Positions 50,127 to 57,874 of a stretch of DNA of 64,000 nucleotides are shown one piece after another. The DNA is from Candidatus Cloacimonadales bacterium. Lineage in GTDB: Bacteria > Cloacimonadota > Cloacimonadia > Cloacimonadales > DAONDQ01. A program made the position numbers and the translations under genes. Where the stretch lies: NCBI GenBank assembly GCA_963662275.1, contig OY759316.1, positions 832,001-896,000 on the forward strand. The letters run 5' to 3'. The first letter of the stretch is position 1, and each line of letters begins with the position of its first letter. Under the pieces are notes generated by a model. That model ran no database searches, had not been told where the DNA came from, and was given only the letters and a program-made list of their open reading frames with translations.

Positions 50127-50242
50127 TAAAGAAAAACTTTGAAATGCAAATGATAATGAAGCTGAACAGTCATTTGTTTTTTATTGACAGGAATGAAAGT
50201 TGCGTATTAATATAAAAACAGGTCTATAAGGTGGGAAAAACT

Positions 50243-53080
50243 ATGTTCACAAAATTGCTTATGATGTTCTTGCTTCTATCTATCTCTTTGACTATGCTGT
50301 TTGCTGTTATGACCCCAGTATATGTTAACCATGGAGAGAGATATTTTTCGTTCCAGATAAGAGATAAGTCCGAACTTCAAACATTAACTCGGATGATTTC
50401 TATAGATAATGTGAAAGATAATACAGTATATGCATATGCCAATCAGAAAGAATGGGATATCTTCACTAAGTTATCCTATCAAATAACTCCATTGCTGCAT
50501 CCAGGAACGTTGATTGATGCGCAAATGAGCAGCAACGAGCGGGATATCTGGACATTTGATACATATCCTACTTACACCCAATATGAAACAATGATGACGA
50601 CTTTTGCATCTACATACCCAAATATATGTCAGATCTACGAACTGGGAACATTAGCCAGTGGCAGAAAAATTCTATTTGCGCATATTTCCAGCAATGTTGC
50701 TACCGCAGCCGCAAAGCCTGAAGTGATGTTTACTTCTTCAATACACGGTGATGAAACAACAGGTTATATATTGATGTTGCATTTTATTAATGATATTCTT
50801 TCAAAATATGGAACAGATAGTCGTGCAACAGCATTGATCAATAACCTGGATATTTGGATCAATCCATTGGCTAATCCTGATGGTACTTATGCTGGTGGTA
50901 ATTCATCAGTGAGTGGTTCAACACGTGGAAATCACAATGGTATTGATCTCAATCGTAATTTCCGTGATCCTACTTATGGTTATCCTACTACGACGGAATT
51001 GGAAACTACTTACTATCAGAATTTTGCAGATGCACATCATTTTATCCAGGTCGCCAATTTACATGGTGGTGCTGAAGTCTGCAATTATCCTTGGGATGGC
51101 TGGACTCGTCTTCATACTGATGATGCCTGGTTCCAGACAGAATGCCGTGCTTACGCAGACACAGTACATGCTGTAAATTCCAGTTATATGATTGATTATG
51201 AAAATGGTATTACAAATGGTGCAGCCTGGTATGTTGTGAATGGTGGACGGCAAGATTATACGACTTATTTTGCGCATGGAAGGGAAATAACCATCGAACT
51301 GTCTTCCACAAAGCTCTTACCAGCAGCTCAACTACAGACTCATTGGAATTATAATTACAAATCTTTTTATAAATATCTTGAACGCGCCAATTATGGCATT
51401 CGTGGAACTGTTGTAAATGATGCTGGTACAGGCATTGCAGCTACTATCACTGTTTCCGGACATGATGCTGATAATTCACAGATAATCACAGATCCAACAT
51501 TTGGTGATTATTATCGGATGATTGCACCTGGAACATATACACTTGTTTATTCAGCTACAGGCTACCAGACAAAAACGATCAGTAGTATTGCCGTTGCATC
51601 ATATACTTCGGTTGTATCTCGGAATATCATTATGGATGATTTGCATGCTCCATTGAACCTGGCTGCAACACCTGGCAACACAGTTGTGAATCTGTCGTGG
51701 TCAGCACCTTCTCCTGTTCCCTCAGGTGGGTATAAGGTTTATCGGAATGGTTCTTTGATTACAACTACTGCAATTAGTACAACTACTTATTCTGATACAA
51801 ATGTGACGAATGGCACGAGCTATTCTTACTATGTGAAAGCTCAGTATAATACTCCTGTTGAGGAATCTGCAGCTTCAAATACTGTGAATGCAACACCAAA
51901 TGTTTCAAATCCAACACAAACAATTAGCTTGGCGAATGGTTGGAATCTCATAAGTTTAGATGTTCATCCAACCAGCATGGCACCTGGAAGTATCTTTTCT
52001 ACTGTCATAGCCAATCTTCTCCAAGTAAAAAATCTGTCCCAAACATATGATCCGGCAATGCCATCTTATTTGAATACATTAAGTTCCTTATCAGATGGAC
52101 AGGGATACTGGGTACGGATGAGTTCTGCTGGAAGCTTAAGCTTAACTGCGCCTGCAGTAAATACCACATCAACTACAATTCATTTGAATACCGGTTGGAA
52201 TCTGATTGGCTTTGCACCACAAACTAGTCAAGCAACGAATACATCGCTTGCAAGTATCCTGAGTCATGTGCTTCAAGTAAAGAGCCTGACACAATCTTAT
52301 GATCCAAGCTTACCTTCCTATTTAAATACTTTAACGAATTTAGTACCAGGTAAAGGATATTGGGCAAAAGTTGATGCTTCCTGTGATCTTATTTATCCTA
52401 TAGCGAAAACAGGAAGTAATGGTTCTGTGATCGCAAATAATGAACAGCCTGTCCCTGAATGGCAGCCTGTTATTTATCCGAATAATTCAGCAACTCTTTA
52501 TGCGACGGTTGAAATAAATTGTCATTCTGCTGAACCGGGTGATATTGTCGCTGCTTTCATCAATAACGAATGCGTCGCTGCCAGTGAGATTCAAATTGCA
52601 AATAATTTAGCTTATGTGACTTTAGTTATCAATATGCCTACAGATTATGCTGATGCTAATTTCATGGTATATGATGCAAGCGCTGATCAAGTGATTGAAA
52701 TGACAAACACAGAATCTCTAATTGCTGGTGGTGTTTATGGAACGGATGGTCTTGTTGCATTGCAGACAGCCATTTGTTTAGCAACTGATCCTACTGCGAT
52801 AATTCCTGTTACCTTAGGTCAAAATTATCCAAATCCATTTAACCCAACCACTTCGATTTGTTATTCATTGAAAAACAAAGACTTTGTTGAATTGAAGATT
52901 TATAACATAAGAGGCAACCTCGTGAAGACACTTGTTGAAAAAAATGACAAACCAGGTTCTCATACTGTTACCTGGCATGGAACAGATGATAGAGGAAAAC
53001 CAGTTGGAAGCGGTATATACTTCTTTAAAATTAAATCCGGTTCTTTCTCCAGCACAAAGAAAATGATTTTAATTAAATAA
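50243..53080 (+). CDS. M14 zinc carboxypeptidase with FN3, GWNLI repeats and T9SS/FlgD-like CTD
   Basis: HGDE, DLNRNF, NLHGG, EITIELS; QNYPNPFNPTT..GSGIYF..KKMILIK; start 50231 or 50243. Confidence 0.93.
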   Translation: MFTKLLMMFLLLSISLTMLFAVMTPVYVNHGERYFSFQIRDKSELQTLTRMISIDNVKDNTVYAYANQKEWDIFTKLSYQITPLLHPGTLIDAQMSSNERDIWTFDTYPTYTQYETMMTTFASTYPNICQIYELGTLASGRKILFAHISSNVATAAAKPEVMFTSSIHGDETTGYILMLHFINDILSKYGTDSRATALINNLDIWINPLANPDGTYAGGNSSVSGSTRGNHNGIDLNRNFRDPTYGYPTTTELETTYYQNFADAHHFIQVANLHGGAEVCNYPWDGWTRLHTDDAWFQTECRAYADTVHAVNSSYMIDYENGITNGAAWYVVNGGRQDYTTYFAHGREITIELSSTKLLPAAQLQTHWNYNYKSFYKYLERANYGIRGTVVNDAGTGIAATITVSGHDADNSQIITDPTFGDYYRMIAPGTYTLVYSATGYQTKTISSIAVASYTSVVSRNIIMDDLHAPLNLAATPGNTVVNLSWSAPSPVPSGGYKVYRNGSLITTTAISTTTYSDTNVTNGTSYSYYVKAQYNTPVEESAASNTVNATPNVSNPTQTISLANGWNLISLDVHPTSMAPGSIFSTVIANLLQVKNLSQTYDPAMPSYLNTLSSLSDGQGYWVRMSSAGSLSLTAPAVNTTSTTIHLNTGWNLIGFAPQTSQATNTSLASILSHVLQVKSLTQSYDPSLPSYLNTLTNLVPGKGYWAKVDASCDLIYPIAKTGSNGSVIANNEQPVPEWQPVIYPNNSATLYATVEINCHSAEPGDIVAAFINNECVAASEIQIANNLAYVTLVINMPTDYADANFMVYDASADQVIEMTNTESLIAGGVYGTDGLVALQTAICLATDPTAIIPVTLGQNYPNPFNPTTSICYSLKNKDFVELKIYNIRGNLVKTLVEKNDKPGSHTVTWHGTDDRGKPVGSGIYFFKIKSGSFSSTKKMILIK

Positions 53081-53160
53081 TTTCCAGACAACTGTGTGTT
53101 TGTTTTTTCTTGATTGAAAAATTAAGAATTAGTATTTTGCAAACAATAGGAGAGCGAATT

Positions 53161-56100
53161 ATGAAACGAATAATGGTATTCATTCTTTTGATCATGGTCT
53201 GCGCTGGCTTATTCGCAGAAATATACAGAATCAATCCAGGGCAGAACAGTGTCGACTTGCTATCTTCTAATCAACAACACACACAGATTTCTTTTACAAT
53301 TTCAAGCTTTGAATATCAACCTGTACAAATTGGTTCTGAGACTTTCTACCAGTTAAGATTTGGTAAGGAAGCTAACTCATATGAAAAGGGCTATCCTGAA
53401 GTGCCTCAGATTCATAGAAATATTATTATTCCTGATCAGGCAAGAATGAGAGTAAGTGTTACTGAAAGTTCCTATATTGATATACCAATGGCAATCGCAC
53501 CGTCTAAAGGTATCATAACTCGTAATATTAATCCTTCAACAGTTCCTTTTACTTTTTCACCTATTTATCAAAAAGCAGATCTTTATCCTTCAGCAATAAC
53601 CGAGCTTAGCACTCCGTTTATCTTGAGAGATTTTCGTGGTATTACTGTGACTGCCAGCCCGTTTGTTTATTATACATTGACCAGAACTCTTCGAGTTTAT
53701 ACTCATATGGTCTTGGATATTACAGCAGATGGAACTGATGAAGTAAATACCCTGGTGCGTCGTAACCATGAATACAGCAAGTATTTCGAGAGTATCTACC
53801 AGAATCAATTTATGAATTTTGCCCCTGACAGATATACACTAGTCAATGATCGTGGACGAATGATTGTTATTGCTCCTAATAGCTATTTATCAACTGTCCA
53901 ACCTCTTGTGGATTGGAAGAACCAGAAGGGATTGAACACGACCCTGGTTGATTTTGCCACAATCGGCAGCACGAATACAGCTCTGAAAACCTATATCCAA
54001 AATCAATATGCTCTGGGTGATGGTCTGACTTATATACTTCTTTGTGGTGATGCAAGTCAGATACCTTCTTTTTCTGTCTCAGGGGGTGGTTCTGATCCCT
54101 CCTACTCTTTAGTTGCAGGTAGTGACAATTACCCAGATATTATTATCGGACGTTTTTCAGCAGAAACCACAACTCAGTTACAAACACAGGTCGATCGTTC
54201 CATCCAGTATGAACGTGATCTTACTACATCTGCAACCTGGCTGCAAAGTGCGACAGGTATTGCCTCCAACGAGGGAGGTGTAGGTCAGGGTGATATGGAT
54301 GAATCAGATGCAATTCACATGAATTATATTCGGTCTCAATTACTAACCTATGGTTATTCATCTGTCGATCAGATATACCAGGGTACAGGAGGCAATACAG
54401 CAGGTATTTCATCTGCACTGAATTCAGGGCGTGGATCTGTTAACTATGTCGGGCATGGATCAAGTACAGGTTGGGGTTCTGTAAGCTTTTCCAATACTGA
54501 TGTTGCAGCATTGACTAATGCCAATAAATTGCCTTTTATTATGAATGTAGCTTGTGTAAATGGCAATTTCGTAAGTTTGACTTGCTTTGCTGAAGCCTGG
54601 ATGAGAGCCACTAATGGTGGAAGTCCTTCTGGAGCTATCGGTATTTATGCCTCCAGTATCAATCAGTCCTGGAGTCCGCCAATGCTTGCGCAGGATGAAT
54701 TCACCGATCTCCTCACCGCTGGGACAAAGAATACTTTGGGGGGATTGTATTATAATTCCTCCTGTAAAATGATGGAAAACTATGGTGCTGATGGGCAGGA
54801 GACGTTTCTTACCTGGAACATTTTTGGCGATCCTTCCCTCCAAATACGCTCCAAAACACCTTCTACAATGACTGTTAGTTATCCTGCCAGTATTCCTGTG
54901 GGTTCAACTTCAATTACTGTATCAACAGGTGTTACAGATGCACTGGTTTGTTTGTACCATAACAGCAGGATACTAGGAAGTGGATATACAAGCAGTTCAG
55001 GCAGTATAACCTTATCCCTGGCAAATATGCCAGGATCTCCTGCTTCATTGACAATGACTGTGACCGCCTTCAATAAAGTTTCACATGTTGGTTCTGTAGC
55101 TTTAGTAAATGTAACCGGACCTTGGATAGCAGTAGATAGTTACACATATGGTGATGCTAATAATAACCTTGTAGATTATAATGAAACTGGTCATTTCAAC
55201 ATAACATACAAGAATTTAGGAATAACTACTGCTACCAGCATAGCTACAACACTTAGTACGACTGCCACAGGTATCACGATATCAGATAATACAGAGTCAA
55301 TCAGCTCTTTGGCTGCAGGTGCTTCGACAACTGTGAATAATGCTTATACTTTTTCAACTGCGAATAACATCGTGGATCAGACTTTCATTCCTTTCCATAT
55401 TGCTATGGTTAGCGGGTCAGATAACTGGACGTATGATTTTGAAACGCTCATCAATGCTCCAGCTATTGCCTTTGGTTCAATTACGATCAGTGATCCAACT
55501 GGTAATAATAATGGACGTCTTGATCCTGGAGAAACAGTAACAATCACTATTCCTCTAAATAATACAGGACATGCTGCTTCCGTTGCCGGAACTGCGACAA
55601 TGACAAGTTCTACTTCCGGTGTGACGATCACCAACGAAACCTATAGCGCATCTGCTATTTCTGCCGGTGGACACGCCACAGCGACATTTACAATGACATT
55701 ATCAAGCAGTATGATAGTTGGAAGTATCGTGACATTGAACTTCAATGCCACAGCCGGTGCTTATACAGCATCAAAAACTGAAACACCTGGCGTTGGTCTA
55801 TATGCAGAAACTTTTGAAACCGGTAATTTAAGTGCCTTGGCTTGGATAACTGCGGGTACAACGCCTTATTGGTCAGTTGTGAATACAGGTGCCAATTCAG
55901 GGAGTTATTGTGCCAAATCTGGTGCTATCACTCATAGCCAATCCACAGACCTGAAAGTGACGATGAATATCACAAATACTGGGAATATCACATTCTTTTA
56001 TAAAGTTTCCTCAGAAGAGACCTATGATTTTCTGAAATTCTATATCGATTCAACTGAAACCGGTTCCTGGTCTGGTGATGTTGCATGGACACAAGCAACT

Positions 56101-57846
56101 TATGCTGTATCTGCAGGAACTCATACTTTCAAATGGACGTATTATAAAGATAGTCTTGAGAGTTATGGGAGTGACTGCAGTTGGGTTGATGATATCGTTT
56201 TTCCTCCATCATCAGGCAGTTTTTACACGTTTGACCCACCCCGAAGCCCAGTGGCTATGGGAAAAAATGGTGCTGTGACGTTAAGCTGGATAGCTCCAGC
56301 CTCTGGTATTCCTGCAAGTTATAAGGTATATCGTGGAGGTTTTGCAATTGCAACAGGTATTACAGGTCTGACTTATACTAATTCCGGTTTAACAAATGGA
56401 ACAAGTTACAGCTACTATGTAACAGCAGTCTATACTTCTCCTGGGGTTGGTGAATCTGAAGGAAGCAGCACCGCGAGTGCAATTCCTATTGCTGCTCCTC
56501 CCACATCATTGACTGCAACCCCCGGAAATACATTGATCAATCTGTCCTGGTCTGCACCAATGACAGAGATTCCTAATGGATATAATGTATATCGGAATAG
56601 TTTGAAAATAACAGCAACTCCAATAACAGCGACAACCTATAGTGATAATGGACTGACGAATGGCATATCTTATTCTTATTATGTGACATCCGTATTTACT
56701 ACACCAGCCGCGGAATCTGCTGCAAGTAATATAGCTAGCTCCATACCAGGTACAACGTTAATTGTTATTGGAACTGGCTCAACAACACAGACTTACCCTT
56801 TCGATCGAAATTACAGTTATTCCGCCTATGAATCAATCTATCTTCAAAGTGAAATTAATATGGCTGGATCATTAACGACGATAGGTTTCAATAAATCCAG
56901 TGGATCAAATGTGAATTCTATCACTAGTGTTACGATCTATATGAAGCATACTTCATCTTCAACATTAGATACCGGAACTTATTCTACATCAGGCTATACG
57001 CTGGTATATTCAGGAAGCTATACGAATAATTCAACGAGCGGATGGATGGAAGTTGCATTAACTTCACCTTTTATCTATAACAATACCAGCAATTTGCAAG
57101 TGCTGATTGTCAAAGGATATCAGTCAACTCTCGTTTCAGGTTATCCTTTGTGGACATATACGACTACTTCCACAAATTACAGGACTCGATTTAATCGCAA
57201 TAATTCATCAGCTCCTACAAGCCTGACTTCTTCATACTACAGGGCTAATATCCGGATGACCATCGTTCCACCAGTACCGAATCCGGCTTATGCGATTGAC
57301 CAGGCAAACCTGGATTTCGGTAATGTAATGATTGGGCAGAATGCGGTTCGTACCTTTACAATTACCAATAATGGCGGTGGTTCTTTATCCGGTAATATTA
57401 CAACACCTACTGGTTATTCAGTGACTCAGGATACGCGAAATGAAAGTGCGAGCATACGAAATACTTTGGCATATAGTGTTATGGCAGGCTATCCTGTTAC
57501 TTTCAATGTTACATTTGCTCCATCTCTTGAGCAGACATATCCTGGTGATATCAGCATTACAAGCAACGATCCTCTGAACCCATCAAATACCCTGGCTGTG
57601 ACCGGTACTGGTGTCACTTCTCAGATAGGTATTCCGATGAATCTGAACATTCAACCTCAAAACGGTAGTTTGTTGATCTCATGGGAAGAAGTACCGAGTG
57701 CAGGAACTTATTATCTATATCGTTCAACCAAACCCTACGGGGTTTATACATGTGTTGCTGAAATTCATACGAATTCGTATATGGATATGGATACTGCTGG
57801 TCAATCATATTTCTATTATGTAACTTCTGATATTACAGCTAAGTGA
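53161..57846 (+). CDS. Second Arg-gingipain-like C25 peptidase
   Basis: R-YTLVNDRGRMIVI, ESDAIH, NYVGHG, VACVNGNF; AGGAG SD before ATG 53161. Confidence 0.92.
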   Translation: MKRIMVFILLIMVCAGLFAEIYRINPGQNSVDLLSSNQQHTQISFTISSFEYQPVQIGSETFYQLRFGKEANSYEKGYPEVPQIHRNIIIPDQARMRVSVTESSYIDIPMAIAPSKGIITRNINPSTVPFTFSPIYQKADLYPSAITELSTPFILRDFRGITVTASPFVYYTLTRTLRVYTHMVLDITADGTDEVNTLVRRNHEYSKYFESIYQNQFMNFAPDRYTLVNDRGRMIVIAPNSYLSTVQPLVDWKNQKGLNTTLVDFATIGSTNTALKTYIQNQYALGDGLTYILLCGDASQIPSFSVSGGGSDPSYSLVAGSDNYPDIIIGRFSAETTTQLQTQVDRSIQYERDLTTSATWLQSATGIASNEGGVGQGDMDESDAIHMNYIRSQLLTYGYSSVDQIYQGTGGNTAGISSALNSGRGSVNYVGHGSSTGWGSVSFSNTDVAALTNANKLPFIMNVACVNGNFVSLTCFAEAWMRATNGGSPSGAIGIYASSINQSWSPPMLAQDEFTDLLTAGTKNTLGGLYYNSSCKMMENYGADGQETFLTWNIFGDPSLQIRSKTPSTMTVSYPASIPVGSTSITVSTGVTDALVCLYHNSRILGSGYTSSSGSITLSLANMPGSPASLTMTVTAFNKVSHVGSVALVNVTGPWIAVDSYTYGDANNNLVDYNETGHFNITYKNLGITTATSIATTLSTTATGITISDNTESISSLAAGASTTVNNAYTFSTANNIVDQTFIPFHIAMVSGSDNWTYDFETLINAPAIAFGSITISDPTGNNNGRLDPGETVTITIPLNNTGHAASVAGTATMTSSTSGVTITNETYSASAISAGGHATATFTMTLSSSMIVGSIVTLNFNATAGAYTASKTETPGVGLYAETFETGNLSALAWITAGTTPYWSVVNTGANSGSYCAKSGAITHSQSTDLKVTMNITNTGNITFFYKVSSEETYDFLKFYIDSTETGSWSGDVAWTQATYAVSAGTHTFKWTYYKDSLESYGSDCSWVDDIVFPPSSGSFYTFDPPRSPVAMGKNGAVTLSWIAPASGIPASYKVYRGGFAIATGITGLTYTNSGLTNGTSYSYYVTAVYTSPGVGESEGSSTASAIPIAAPPTSLTATPGNTLINLSWSAPMTEIPNGYNVYRNSLKITATPITATTYSDNGLTNGISYSYYVTSVFTTPAAESAASNIASSIPGTTLIVIGTGSTTQTYPFDRNYSYSAYESIYLQSEINMAGSLTTIGFNKSSGSNVNSITSVTIYMKHTSSSTLDTGTYSTSGYTLVYSGSYTNNSTSGWMEVALTSPFIYNNTSNLQVLIVKGYQSTLVSGYPLWTYTTTSTNYRTRFNRNNSSAPTSLTSSYYRANIRMTIVPPVPNPAYAIDQANLDFGNVMIGQNAVRTFTITNNGGGSLSGNITTPTGYSVTQDTRNESASIRNTLAYSVMAGYPVTFNVTFAPSLEQTYPGDISITSNDPLNPSNTLAVTGTGVTSQIGIPMNLNIQPQNGSLLISWEEVPSAGTYYLYRSTKPYGVYTCVAEIHTNSYMDMDTAGQSYFYYVTSDITAK

Positions 57847-57874
57847 TAAGAATAACCGGACTCATATCAGCGAA

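Noticed and set aside
35448..57808. Many short antisense or alternate-frame ORFs inside the protease genes
   Set aside because: Expected shadows of Thr/Ser-rich long genes; no SD or motif support noticed
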